Positions 36,919 to 46,734 of a stretch of DNA of 64,000 nucleotides are shown here, piece after piece (within the stretch, counting starts at the first letter, position 1; each line of letters starts with the position of its first letter). A program made the translations under genes and the position numbers. The notes under the pieces are model-generated. The model made no database searches and had not been told where the DNA came from. It saw only the letters and a list, made by a program, of their open reading frames with translations. Source of the stretch: Candidatus Sericytochromatia bacterium (lineage in GTDB: Bacteria; Cyanobacteriota; Sericytochromatia; S15B-MN24; UBA4093); assembly GCA_036676985.1 (NCBI GenBank), contig JAKFBU010000038.1:128001-192000 (forward strand). The letters are read 5' to 3'.

Positions 36919-37766
36919 CGGCCAAGCCCCAGCATGACTCGGGCCTCGTCCACGCTCGCGACCGTTCGGCCCACATCCTCGGCCATGCGCACGGCTTTCT
37001 CGACGAGCTCGGCGTTGCTCCTGGCCATGACCCCCTCGCGGACGTAGAAGTTGTCCTCCAGGCCGACCCGGATGTTGCCGCCCATGCTGAGGGCGGCGGC
37101 CAACAGGCGCCACTGGTGGTGACTGATGCCGATGACCTCCCAGGTCGAGTCGGGCGGCAGCAGCGAGGCCATGTGCACCAGGCTCCGGGTGGTCGGGGCG
37201 ATGCCACCCAGCACCCCCAAGATGAGGGAGAATTGCAGGGGCGGCCGCAAGAGGCCCATGTCCACGAGGGGCTCGGCGTTGTGGACGTGCCCCGCATCGA
37301 AGCACTCCAGCTCGGGCTTCACGCCGGCCTCGTTCATGGCCCCCACGAACATGGCGATGTCGGCGAAGGGGTTGGCGAAGACGTGGTCGAAGTGGAAGGC
37401 CTTCTTCTCGGGGCTGTACTTCGCGTAGTTCATGGAGCCCATGTTGAGGGCCCCGATCTCGGGCCTGAGCTCCGCGATGTGGGCCACCCGCTCCGTGGCC
37501 GGGATGCCGACGGCCCCGGTGCTGAAGTTGAGGATCACCGGGCAGCGCCGCCGGGTCTCCTCCATGATGGCGCGGTAGACCTCGACCCGGTGGCTCGGCG
37601 ATCCGTCGTCCTCCCGGGCGTGGATGTGGACGACCGCCGCCCCGGCCTCGTAGGCCCGGCGGGCCTCCTCGGCGATCTCGACGGGGGTGTAGGGGATGGC
37701 GGGACACTGCTTGCGGTTGGCGGCGACCCCGGTCAGGGCCGCCGTGAGGATCACCCGGTCGCGCAT
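36915..37766 (-). CDS. Beta-keto acid cleavage enzyme (BKACE/DUF849, Kce-like)
   Basis: ILTAALTG, VHIHAR, PELECFD, RVGLEDN. Confidence 0.92.
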   Translation of the reverse strand: MRDRVILTAALTGVAANRKQCPAIPYTPVEIAEEARRAYEAGAAVVHIHAREDDGSPSHRVEVYRAIMEETRRRCPVILNFSTGAVGIPATERVAHIAELRPEIGALNMGSMNYAKYSPEKKAFHFDHVFANPFADIAMFVGAMNEAGVKPELECFDAGHVHNAEPLVDMGLLRPPLQFSLILGVLGGIAPTTRSLVHMASLLPPDSTWEVIGISHHQWRLLAAALSMGGNIRVGLEDNFYVREGVMARSNAELVEKAVRMAEDVGRTVASVDEARVMLGLGR

Positions 37767-37776
37767 GGCCCCCCTC

Positions 37777-40700
37777 CTATCGAACGGTCGCGTTGTCCTC
37801 CAAAGAGGCGATCTCGAGCCGGGCTCCGAGCCGCCGGAAGATCTCGAGGGCCTCCGCGCGCCGCGCCTGGGCGGCCTCGGTCGCGCCGAGCGCGAGCTGG
37901 ATCTTGGCCTCGAGGGCGTAGGCGCGGCCCACGTCGATGGGAGCGCCCTCGCTGCCGAGGGCGGCGATCGCCTCCTGCACCGCCTGGGCGGCCGCCGCGA
38001 GGTCCCCCTGGGCCTCCTTGACCGTGGCGTCCGCGTAGAGCACGAGGCCCACCTGGCCGTGGCTGTTGTTGTCGTGGGCCTGCTTGAGTCCCTTTTCGAT
38101 GGCGGCCCGCGCCGCGTCCCACTGCTCGAGGCGGCGCTGGGCGCGGGCGAGGGCCGCGAAGGCCTCGGGCAGCACCTCGACGGCGTTGATGCCTTCGAGC
38201 GTGGCGATGCCCTGGTGGAGCGAGTCCACGGCCTCGGCAGGACGGTTGTCCGCCACCAGCACCATTCCGAGCCCCGTAGCGGCGATGCCCTGGCCCAGGG
38301 AGTCGTTGATCTCGGAGCTGAGATCCAGCGCCCGCCGGTGGAAGCGCTCGGCCTCCTCGAGCTCGCCCTGGTTGCGCAACAGGTCGCCCAGGTTGTTCTG
38401 TTGGATGATCTGGCGGCTCACGTCGCCGATGCGCTCGTAGACCTTGAGGCTCCGGACGTAGTGGTCCGCGGCCTTGGCCCATTCGCCGACTTCCAGGTAG
38501 AGGGCGCCCAGGTTGTTGAGGGTGCTTGCCACCCCGAAGACGTCCTGGATTCCTTCCCGCAGCTCGAGCGCCCGGCTGTGGTAGGACTCGGCCTCCTGCT
38601 GATTGTTCTGTCGGTAGTAGACGATGCCCAGGATGCTGTAGGCCATCGCCACTTCCTTGGCGGCGTCCGGGACGCCCTCGAGGGTCTCCAGCGTGCTCTG
38701 GCAGAGCGCTACGACCTCCGAGTACTGTCCCTGCCTGAAGAGGCTCAGGCCCTTGTCCAGGAGGATGCGCGCCGAGACCAGCGCGTTATCCTTGCCGGCG
38801 AGCAGCCGGAGGCCCTCGTCGTAGCGGTCCATGGCCTCGCCGAACTGGCCTTGCAGGTTGAAGATGCCGCCCAGGCGCCGGAGCGTCTCGGCCCGATCGG
38901 CAGGCTCCGACTGGAGGGAGAGGGCCTCCTGCAGGTGCTCTAGGGCCGTGGCGTACTGGCCCGTGGTGGCCAGGAGGTCGGACAGGGCGAGCAGGATCTC
39001 GTCGCGTCGCGGCTTGGGCGGCAGATCGCTGCTCTTGCGGACCAAGGAGAGGCACTCGGTGAAGCAGTTGAGGGCTTCCTGGTTGGAGAAGTTGCGATGC
39101 GCCGTCTGGCCCGACAGGAAGAGGTAGTAGATGGCCTTGGGCGTCAGCTCGCCCAGCAGGTAGTGACGGGCCAGGACCTGCGGCATCTCGTCGGCGCGAT
39201 CGCCCAGGTTGCGCTCGAGCGTCTCGCCCACCTTGCGATGCAGGTCGCGGCGCGTGGCGAGCAGGAGCGAGTTGTAGACCACCTCGTGGATGAGCGCCTG
39301 GTGGAACTGCCACTCGCCGTTGGAGCGGCGCAGCACGAACTCGGCCTTGGCGAGCTCCTCGAGGGTGGGGTCCACGTCGGACTGGCCGCCCACCGTGGCG
39401 ACCACGTTGGGCTGGAACGAGCGCCCGACCACCGACGCGAGCTGCAGGAGGCTCCTGAGATCCGGCGCCAGGCGATCGATGCGGGCGAGGATGACGCCGT
39501 TGATGGTGGAGGGCAGGCTGGAGCCTGCCGCGCCCTTGCTCCGCCAGCCGTGCTCGGGATCCGGTTCGAGCGCGCCCGCGTCGATCAAGGAGCGCACGAG
39601 CTCGCGCAGGAAGAGCGGGTTGCCCTCGCCGCGGGCGAGCACCTGCGCGGCGACCTGCCGCAAGCCCTCGTCCCAGCGGGTGTGGTCCGGATCCAGCTCG
39701 AGCATCGACGCGAGCAGCTCCCAGCTCTCGGACTCGTGGAGGGCGCGCAGCACCAGGCTCTGCGTGTCCAGGTGGGTCTTCCAGCGGCCGATGGGACTGC
39801 CGTCCACCGGTCGGGCCTGGCAGAGCACCATGATCCGGGCGCTCTGGTGCTCACGGGTAGCCAGGGCGTCGAACAGGGTCTGGAGCCACTCGATGGAGGC
39901 CTCGTCCGCCCAGTGCAGGTCCTCGAAGTTCAAGAGGAGGGGCCGGTTCTTGGCGCTCGACAACAGCACGGTGTTGAACGCCCGGAAGGCCATGATTCGC
40001 CGTTGTTGCGGACTGAGCTGCGCGAGCTCCGGCGAGTGGGTCTCGAGACCCAGGAGGTCCGCGATGGCGACCACCACCCGGTCGTACTCGTCCGCATGAA
40101 TGCCCGGCATGCCGACCACGCGCGCCTGGATGCCCGCGACGATGGCCTCGGGGACCGTCTGGCCCTTGATGCCGAGCCAGCGGCGGATGAAGTCGCGCAT
40201 GAGGGCGTAGGCCGTGCCCTGCTCGTAGGAGATGGCGCGCACGCGCTGGGCGTCCACCGACAGGGCCGGGTCCAGGCTCGCGACGAGCGCGCTCGAGAGC
40301 TGCGACTTGCCGACGCCCGCCTCGCCGATGAGGTAGACGAGCTGCGGCACGCCGTCGATGGCCCGCTGCAGGCTGGCCTGAAGCTTGGCGAGCTCGGCCG
40401 TGCGGCCGATCATGCGCTGGTCGGCCTTCTGGGGAGCGTCCGCCTTGAGGCCCGCCACCTCGTAAACCGGGATGGGCTCTGCCTTGCCCTTGACCTGGAT
40501 GGGAGCAAGCTCCGCGTACTCGATGACATGGGAGGTGTGGCGGTAGGTCTCCTGGGTGACGAGGACCTTGCCGGGCTGGGCGGCGGCCTCCATGCGCTGG
40601 GCGAGGTTTACCGTGTCGCCCATGACCGTGTAGTCGCGCTTCTGGGCGCCGCCCACCGCGCCCGCCACCACCAGGCCCGTGTGGATGCCGATGCGGACCT

Positions 40701-41196
40701 TGAGGGCGATGCCCGTGCGGGCCTCCAGGTTGTGGGCGAAGAGGGCGGCCACCTGCTGCATCTCGAAGGCCGCGCGCACGGCGCGCTCGGGGTCGTCCTC
40801 GTGGGCGATGGGCGCGCCGAAGAGGGCCATGATGGCGTCGCCGATGTACTTGTCGACCACCCCGCCGTAGCGGTAGATGGGCTCGGAGAGGACCTCGAAG
40901 AATTGGTTGACGATCTCGGTGACCTCTTGGGGGTCCAGCTTCTCGCTCATGGACGTGAAGCCCGAGACGTCGGTGAAGAGGACCGTGACCACCCGGCGAT
41001 CGCCCGCGGCGTCCTTGGTCTCGGCGGCGGCGGGCGCCGACGTCGCCTTCTGGGCCGTGCCGCACTGCGCGCAGAAGCGGGCACTGGGACTAAGCGGCGA
41101 CTGGCAGTGGTGGCACGACGGGTGCTGGCGAACGCCGCACATGCAGCAGTAGTTCGCTTCGCGGGGCAGTTCCTGTTGGCAGGCGTGGCAGTTCAA
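37777..41196 (-). CDS. Double zinc ribbon + class III adenylate/guanylate cyclase + AAA ATPase + TPR protein
   Basis: Four CxxC pairs; VLFTDVSGFT, KYIGDA, GDTVNLAQR; GEAGVGKS; EDLHWAD; GNPLF; C-terminal TPRs. TTG start uncertain. Confidence 0.9.
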   Translation of the reverse strand: MNCHACQQELPREANYCCMCGVRQHPSCHHCQSPLSPSARFCAQCGTAQKATSAPAAAETKDAAGDRRVVTVLFTDVSGFTSMSEKLDPQEVTEIVNQFFEVLSEPIYRYGGVVDKYIGDAIMALFGAPIAHEDDPERAVRAAFEMQQVAALFAHNLEARTGIALKVRIGIHTGLVVAGAVGGAQKRDYTVMGDTVNLAQRMEAAAQPGKVLVTQETYRHTSHVIEYAELAPIQVKGKAEPIPVYEVAGLKADAPQKADQRMIGRTAELAKLQASLQRAIDGVPQLVYLIGEAGVGKSQLSSALVASLDPALSVDAQRVRAISYEQGTAYALMRDFIRRWLGIKGQTVPEAIVAGIQARVVGMPGIHADEYDRVVVAIADLLGLETHSPELAQLSPQQRRIMAFRAFNTVLLSSAKNRPLLLNFEDLHWADEASIEWLQTLFDALATREHQSARIMVLCQARPVDGSPIGRWKTHLDTQSLVLRALHESESWELLASMLELDPDHTRWDEGLRQVAAQVLARGEGNPLFLRELVRSLIDAGALEPDPEHGWRSKGAAGSSLPSTINGVILARIDRLAPDLRSLLQLASVVGRSFQPNVVATVGGQSDVDPTLEELAKAEFVLRRSNGEWQFHQALIHEVVYNSLLLATRRDLHRKVGETLERNLGDRADEMPQVLARHYLLGELTPKAIYYLFLSGQTAHRNFSNQEALNCFTECLSLVRKSSDLPPKPRRDEILLALSDLLATTGQYATALEHLQEALSLQSEPADRAETLRRLGGIFNLQGQFGEAMDRYDEGLRLLAGKDNALVSARILLDKGLSLFRQGQYSEVVALCQSTLETLEGVPDAAKEVAMAYSILGIVYYRQNNQQEAESYHSRALELREGIQDVFGVASTLNNLGALYLEVGEWAKAADHYVRSLKVYERIGDVSRQIIQQNNLGDLLRNQGELEEAERFHRRALDLSSEINDSLGQGIAATGLGMVLVADNRPAEAVDSLHQGIATLEGINAVEVLPEAFAALARAQRRLEQWDAARAAIEKGLKQAHDNNSHGQVGLVLYADATVKEAQGDLAAAAQAVQEAIAALGSEGAPIDVGRAYALEAKIQLALGATEAAQARRAEALEIFRRLGARLEIASLEDNATVR

Positions 41197-41331
41197 GCGA
41201 GCCTCATCGCGGGCGCCCGGTGCGATGCGGCAGTCGAAGCCGTCGCTCGGCGCTCGTATCACCTAGAAGGGGGACCGGCCGTCTTGAGTATAACGCGCAA
41301 TCGTCCCATCGACTAGGTTGACGGCGGGGCG

Positions 41332-42471
41332 TCACTGCAAGACCACCCCGATCTCGGGCGGAGCCGGCGTCGGCTCGGGCGGCATGGTCGGCAAGGGCGC
41401 CGGGGGCATCTCGTCCTGGATCGCGACCGCCTCCTGCTTGGCGGCCGACAGATCCACCTGCTTGGCGATCGCCTCGAACAGGTCCTCGGAGGCGTTCGGG
41501 TTGGCGGCGGCGTCGAAGCCCGCGATCCGGTCCACCAGCTGCCCGATGATGGCCGTCTGCAAGCCGAGCGATTGGCCCGTCGGGATCTGCGCCAGGTTCG
41601 TGCCGGCAGCCTCCTGCGTGAGCTGCTTGGCCTGGAACGTGAGCACGGCCGAGGCCGTGGCCGTGTCGTTGAGCAAGGAGTCGAAGGAAGGCGGAGCCGC
41701 GTAGATGCTGCTCTGGGCGAGCACGGCGCTCGCCTTGCGGACCGACTCCGCCGGCATGCCCTGGGTGATGGTCGCGAGACGCTGGCTCTTGATGCCCACG
41801 AAGCCCGTGCGCACGTCGAGTTTCTGGTAGGCCTCGGTCATGAGCGTGGCCGTGAAGGCCAGCAGGGTCGAGGCCGGCGTCAGGTCGAGCGCCTGCCGCT
41901 TGTCCTTGAGCGCGGCGAAGGTCGCCCCCAGGGGAGCCGCGAGGAAGCCCGCTGTGTCTCCACGGCCGTTCTTGAGAACGGTCTGCACGATGAAGGGGCG
42001 TTTGCTACCCTGGACGGTCATGCGCAGGGAGTAGCGGCCCTGGGGATCCGTCCGAGCGGTGGCCACTATGGCGCCCGTGACCGGATCGATGACCTGGATC
42101 TCGGCGTAGCGCACCGAGCCGTCGGCGTTCCACTCCGTCTGAGACACGGAGGGCCCGACGGCGAGCACGCGGAAGCCTGCCGCCTGCTGGAGCGGCGCCA
42201 CGGTGGTCAGGGGCGCCACGGTGGTGAGCGGAGCGACCGTTGTGAGGGGGGCCACCGTGGCGAGCGGAGCCACCGTCGTCAGGCTGCTGGGCAGCCGGAC
42301 CTCGCCCTCGAGGCTCAGGGCGCGGTTCGGTGCATCGGAGATGGCCTTGGGCTCGGGGCGCGTCGAGAGGGCCACGATACCCATGCCGTAGAGGCTGCAC
42401 CCCATGAGCGGAGCGCTCAGGGCCGTCGCGAGGACCCGCCTCAGCAATTTCGCCAAGCGTGCGCGGTCCAT
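41332..42471 (-). CDS. Cassette C gene 4: lipoprotein with TTVAPL repeats and a carboxypeptidase-regulatory-like domain
   Basis: Lipobox LMGC; 5x xTVAPL; TDPQGRYSL; paralog of 45582-46733 and 49946-51034. Confidence 0.8.
   Translation of the reverse strand: MDRARLAKLLRRVLATALSAPLMGCSLYGMGIVALSTRPEPKAISDAPNRALSLEGEVRLPSSLTTVAPLATVAPLTTVAPLTTVAPLTTVAPLQQAAGFRVLAVGPSVSQTEWNADGSVRYAEIQVIDPVTGAIVATARTDPQGRYSLRMTVQGSKRPFIVQTVLKNGRGDTAGFLAAPLGATFAALKDKRQALDLTPASTLLAFTATLMTEAYQKLDVRTGFVGIKSQRLATITQGMPAESVRKASAVLAQSSIYAAPPSFDSLLNDTATASAVLTFQAKQLTQEAAGTNLAQIPTGQSLGLQTAIIGQLVDRIAGFDAAANPNASEDLFEAIAKQVDLSAAKQEAVAIQDEMPPAPLPTMPPEPTPAPPEIGVVLQ
42190..42279 (-). repeat. 5 x 18-nt coding repeat (TTVAPL)
   Basis: Read directly; codons vary synonymously. 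Confidence 0.9.
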
Positions 42472-42473
42472 GG

Positions 42474-43226
42474 CTACCACCCCTGGAGCGAGAGCGACAG
42501 CACCGCGCCGTGGCTCTCGCGGGCATAGCCCGCGCCGATCGTTCGCTCGTACACGTAGAAGAGGCTCACGCGCCGATCCCAGATCGTCACGCCCGGCGAG
42601 GCCCAGATCGCCAGCTGGGGCGAGAGCCCGAGGCGTCCGTCCCCGGAGTTGGTGGTCGCGAAGGACTGTCCCTCGCAGTCGAGGGCCAGCCAAAGCGGAC
42701 CCCAGAAAGGCCGCCGGTAGCGCATGAGCACGGTGGGCCCATGCTGGTCGATCCACGGGTTGAAGAGGTAGGAGGGCTCGGAGTAGGGAAAGCGGGCCGA
42801 GTGGGAGACGTCGATGTGCTGGTAGCCGTATCCGGCGCCCAGCCCGCACTCGCCTCCAAGCACGTTGGCCTGCATCAGGTAGCCAAGGGTGGCGCGGGTC
42901 TCGGCCCGGCGGTGGGTCGTGCCCGGAAAGTCCGGGTCGTCGAACTGGTAGCCCGTGAACCCCACCCGCATCCAGAGCCGGTCCCAGCGGCTGAGGGCCA
43001 CGCTGCCGCGCACCTGGAAGCCGTCGACCCAGGGCACCTGGAGGCTAGTCTCCTCGGGCTGGTACACCTCGGTGAGCACCCCCTTGCCGTAGGTGACGAC
43101 CAGGTCGCTCGGCAGCGGCAGATCGAGCTCGGCGGCCTGCGCTGGAGCCGCCGCCCAGGCCAGCAGGCCCGCCGCGAGGGCGAGGTGGGGGCGGATCGGC
43201 CGGCCTTCGCAACGCATGCCGCTCAT
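42474..43226 (-). CDS. Cassette C gene 3: predicted outer-membrane beta-barrel protein
   Basis: Signal peptide, alternating aromatic/Gly strands, C-terminal SLSLQGW; paralog of 46735-47463 and 51405-52544. Confidence 0.7.
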   Translation of the reverse strand: MSGMRCEGRPIRPHLALAAGLLAWAAAPAQAAELDLPLPSDLVVTYGKGVLTEVYQPEETSLQVPWVDGFQVRGSVALSRWDRLWMRVGFTGYQFDDPDFPGTTHRRAETRATLGYLMQANVLGGECGLGAGYGYQHIDVSHSARFPYSEPSYLFNPWIDQHGPTVLMRYRRPFWGPLWLALDCEGQSFATTNSGDGRLGLSPQLAIWASPGVTIWDRRVSLFYVYERTIGAGYARESHGAVLSLSLQGW

Positions 43227-44578
43227 GGCGCGATGTGCACGCGGACGCGCTGGTTGCCGAAGTCCGCGAGGTACAGCCGATCCCCCGCGGCGCGCGCAGC
43301 GATGCCGAACAAGGCGCCGAACTGGGCCGTGCCCGCGGCCCCGTCCTGCATGGTCGAGTTGCCGTTGCCCGCGAGCGTGCTCACGACGTTGGATCCAGCC
43401 TGGATCCGGCGCACGCGGTAGTTGAAGGTGTCGGCGACGTAGATGTTGTCGGCGCCGTCCACGCAGACCGCCCGCGGCTGATTGAACTGGGCCGACGAGG
43501 CAGACGACCCGTCTCCCGCGAAGCCTGGCACCCCGTTGCCCCCAAGGGTAGTCACGGTGCCCCCGGAGCTGATCTTGAGGATCCGGCTGTCGGTGTAGTT
43601 AGCGACGATCAGGTTGCCGGACGAATCGAGCGCCACGCCGCTCGGGCCGGAGAGACCCGAGCTCGCGAAGGTGGTGACCTGGCCGACGCTCGAGATCTTG
43701 CGGATGAGGTTGTTGCCGAAGTCGGCCACGAAGAGGTCGCCAGCGCCGTTGACCGCGATCCCCCAGGGCTGGTTGAAGGAAGCCAGGGTGGCGTTGGTGT
43801 GGTTGGTCGCTCCGGGCGAGCCGGTGCCGGCGACGGTCGTCACGGTGCCGCCGGCGGCGATCTTGCGGATCCGGTGGTTCTGGGTGTCGGCCACGAACAG
43901 GTTGCCGGCGGTATCGCGCGCCACGCCACTCGGGGCGTTGAACGAGGCTCCGGTTCCCGTGCCGTCGGCGAAGCTAGGCGCGCCCGACCCCGCGATCGTG
44001 GTGACGGAACCCTGGGGCGTGATCTTGCGGATCCGGTGGTTGCTGGCATCGGCGACGATGACGTTGCCGACGCCATCCAAGGTCAGGCCTCGGAGGCCGT
44101 TGAAGCGTGCGACGCCCCCCACGCCGTCGACGAAGCCGCTCGTATTGCCGCCCGCCAATGTCGCGATCTGGTTGATCCATGGGGTCATGGTCACGGTAAC
44201 GGTGTTGACGCCCGCAGCCAGCGTGACCGGGGCCGAGCCGGTCGCCATGACGACACCCTGGGCCGTGGCCTCGATCGAGACGGTCGCGGGGCCCGTCGGC
44301 AGGTTGAAGGTCGGAGTCACGGTGGCGGCGTCCGTCGCCAGGGAGGTCGTCGCCGGGACCTTGAGCCTACCGGACGACACGGTCACCGATACCTGGTTCC
44401 AGAAGTCGGGAAGCGTCTGGACGCTCCGCGGCATGACGAGGGTCAGCCTCAGACGCGCCTGGAACAAGTTTAGCGAGCCGAGCGAGGGCTCGGGTGCCGA
44501 AGCAAGCGGGGAAGGGGCCAGCGACTGGCAACCCGACAGGGCTGCCAGCGTGCAGACGAGGATCGCCCGGCCCCGCAT
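43223..44578 (-). CDS. Cassette C gene 2: NHL-repeat beta-propeller lipoprotein
   Basis: Lipobox LSGC; Ig-like N-domain; repeats FNxPxGxAxD..GNL.VAD..NHRIRKI. Confidence 0.88.
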   Translation of the reverse strand: MRGRAILVCTLAALSGCQSLAPSPLASAPEPSLGSLNLFQARLRLTLVMPRSVQTLPDFWNQVSVTVSSGRLKVPATTSLATDAATVTPTFNLPTGPATVSIEATAQGVVMATGSAPVTLAAGVNTVTVTMTPWINQIATLAGGNTSGFVDGVGGVARFNGLRGLTLDGVGNVIVADASNHRIRKITPQGSVTTIAGSGAPSFADGTGTGASFNAPSGVARDTAGNLFVADTQNHRIRKIAAGGTVTTVAGTGSPGATNHTNATLASFNQPWGIAVNGAGDLFVADFGNNLIRKISSVGQVTTFASSGLSGPSGVALDSSGNLIVANYTDSRILKISSGGTVTTLGGNGVPGFAGDGSSASSAQFNQPRAVCVDGADNIYVADTFNYRVRRIQAGSNVVSTLAGNGNSTMQDGAAGTAQFGALFGIAARAAGDRLYLADFGNQRVRVHIAP

Positions 44579-44590
44579 TGCGCCCCGGTC

Positions 44591-45481
44591 CTAGTTCATC
44601 GTGACGGTGCCGATGGAGGCCGTGGCCTCGATGGACACGTTGCGGACGCGGCGTGACAAGAGATAGCTGCCGCTCGACGTGTTGAAGGCGTCGACGACCA
44701 ACTTGTAGTTCTGGGAGGAGGCGACGTAGGGCAGCGTGATGCTGGGCACCACCGTCGAGGGGCTCGCGATGTTGCCGACGCTGATGCTCGCACCGGGAAT
44801 GACTGCGTCGGCGAGGTCCGTCAGGTAAACGTTCACCTGGTTCACGCCCGGGTTGTTCGCGTTGTTGACGAGCGTGTTGACGATGGCCGAGTCGCCGGAC
44901 ATCAGGACGGGGGTGGCGTGGTTGATGTGGATGGTCGGACTTTCGATGATGAAGTCCCCCACGGCGTTGATCTTGACGGTGACGGACTTGTTCTCGCCGG
45001 GGTTGATCGTGATGTTGTTGGTGGCGCCCTCGCCCACCTTGTTGGCGAGCACCGTGTAGCCCGTGTCCGCCGCGTTGGCGGGCGTGCCGATGTTCCGGTA
45101 CAGGCCGACCGACAGGGCGTAGTTGCCGCCCGGATCGGCCGGGATGGCGGGGAACACGGTCGTATAGGTCGAGGTGCCGCCGCCGAGGCTGTTGACGGCG
45201 GTCGCGAGGCTCGCCTTGAGCTTGACGCTGTTGCTCAGCCTGAAGTACACGGCGTTGAAGCTGTCCGCGTCCGCGAAATTCTGGACCCGGCGCGGTCGCT
45301 GGTCGATGATGCGGATCGAAAGGGCGCCGGCGCCGCCGGCCTTGGCGAACATGTTGATCGGACCGGTTGCCTTGGGGGCGTCCAGGACGCGCTGGGAGAG
45401 TTGGGGCGCTGTGCAGCCTACCAGCAGGATCAAGGTGATGGCGGATAGTCCGGGGGTCAAGGCGGCGATCGATTGTCGCAT
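44591..45481 (-). CDS. Cassette C gene 1: two-domain beta-rich lipoprotein (pilin-like)
   Basis: Lipobox LVGC; RRVQ; KVGEG...VKINAVG; paralog of 48860-49843 and 53992-54852. Confidence 0.8.
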   Translation of the reverse strand: MRQSIAALTPGLSAITLILLVGCTAPQLSQRVLDAPKATGPINMFAKAGGAGALSIRIIDQRPRRVQNFADADSFNAVYFRLSNSVKLKASLATAVNSLGGGTSTYTTVFPAIPADPGGNYALSVGLYRNIGTPANAADTGYTVLANKVGEGATNNITINPGENKSVTVKINAVGDFIIESPTIHINHATPVLMSGDSAIVNTLVNNANNPGVNQVNVYLTDLADAVIPGASISVGNIASPSTVVPSITLPYVASSQNYKLVVDAFNTSSGSYLLSRRVRNVSIEATASIGTVTMN

Positions 45482-45524
45482 GGGGCCTCCTGTGAACGAA
45501 GCAGCGTCAACGGCTAGGAGGTAA

Positions 45525-45549
45525 ATACCCCGCTTGGAAGCTTACGAAC
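45525..45549 (-). promoter_or_regulatory. Putative SigB/SigF-type promoter of cassette C
   Basis: GTTC-N15-GGGTAT upstream of gene 1. Confidence 0.5.
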
Positions 45550-45581
45550 CGGTGTGCGCAGGATTTCTTTCAGATTGCACG

Positions 45582-46733
45582 TTACTCGAGCGTGATGCCG
45601 ACCTTGGGCGGCGGGGCCGGGGTGGGCTCGGGGGGCAGCGTCGGCAGCGGCTCGGCGGGCGCCTGCTGGGTGATGGCCGAGGCCGCCTGCTTGATGGCCG
45701 CGAGGTCCAGCTGGTTGGCCATGGCCTCGAAGAGGTTCGCGGACGCCGTGGCGTCCTGGCTCGGGTCGAAGTCGGCGAGCTTCGCGACCATCTGGCTGAT
45801 GACGGCCGTCTGGAGACCGAGGGCCGTGCCGGCGTCCACCTGGCCGAGCGAGGTGCCCGCGGCCTTCTGGGCCACGGTCTTGACCTGATTGGTCAGGACC
45901 GCCGAGGCCGTCGCCGTCTCGCCCATGAGGCGCTCCAGGCTGGGGGGCTCGGAGAGGGCCGAGCTCTGGTCGAGCAGGAGCGAGGCCTTCTTGACCTGGC
46001 TCGGGGGCAGCTCCTGGGCGATGGTGGCGAGACGCTGGCTCTTGAGGCCTGCAAACCCCGTGCGCACGTCGAACGTCTGGTAGGCCTCGGTCATGAGCGT
46101 CGAGGCGAACGCCACCAGCGTGCTGCCGGGCGTCACGTCGAGGCCCTGCTTCTTGTCCTTGACCGAGGCCATGGCTGCACCCAAGGGGGCTGCGAGGAAG
46201 CCCGCGGTCTCTCCGCTCGCGTTCTTGAGGATGGTCTGCAGCACGAAGCCCTGCCGGGACCCGCGCATCGTGAGCCGGAGGGTGTAGCGGCCCGCGGCAT
46301 CGGTCTTGACCGTCTCCTTGACCTCACCCGTCAAGGGGTCGATGAGCTGGATCTCGGCGTACCGGATGGTGCCGTCCGGGTTCCAGTCGGTCTGACCCGC
46401 CGTGCCGCCGATGGCAAGCGTGCGATAGCCCGCCGCCTGCTGCAGGGGGGCGACGGTCGTGAGCGGCGCCACCGTGGTCAGGGGCGCGACGGTCGTGAGC
46501 GGGGCGACGGTCGTCAGCGGCGCCACGGTCGTCAAGGGGGCGACGGTGGTCAGGGTGGCGGGCACCTTGACCGCGCCCTCGACGCTCATGGCCCGATACG
46601 CCGGCTCGCCGAGCCCGGCGCCCGAGCCCGAGGCGCCCAGGCTCACGCCCAGCCCGTATAGGCTACAGCCGGCGAGGGGGGCCATCGTGGCCAGGATGAG
46701 CGCGGTGCGCAGGGCCCGCCGGGTGTTTCTCAA
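45582..46733 (-). CDS. Cassette B gene 4: lipoprotein with TTVAPL repeats
   Basis: Lipobox LAGC; 6x TTVAPL; AGFLAAPLG and KSQRLA shared with paralogs; TTG start. Confidence 0.8.
   Translation of the reverse strand: MRNTRRALRTALILATMAPLAGCSLYGLGVSLGASGSGAGLGEPAYRAMSVEGAVKVPATLTTVAPLTTVAPLTTVAPLTTVAPLTTVAPLTTVAPLQQAAGYRTLAIGGTAGQTDWNPDGTIRYAEIQLIDPLTGEVKETVKTDAAGRYTLRLTMRGSRQGFVLQTILKNASGETAGFLAAPLGAAMASVKDKKQGLDVTPGSTLVAFASTLMTEAYQTFDVRTGFAGLKSQRLATIAQELPPSQVKKASLLLDQSSALSEPPSLERLMGETATASAVLTNQVKTVAQKAAGTSLGQVDAGTALGLQTAVISQMVAKLADFDPSQDATASANLFEAMANQLDLAAIKQAASAITQQAPAEPLPTLPPEPTPAPPPKVGITLE
46443..46550 (-). repeat. 6 x 18-nt coding repeat (TTVAPL)
   Basis: Read directly; codons vary synonymously. 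Confidence 0.9.
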
Positions 46734-46734
46734 G

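Noticed and set aside
42190-46550. Short tandem repeats as a CRISPR array or phase-variation tract
   Set aside because: 18-nt in-frame coding units without spacers and with synonymous variation; no cas genes; unit length is a multiple of 3.
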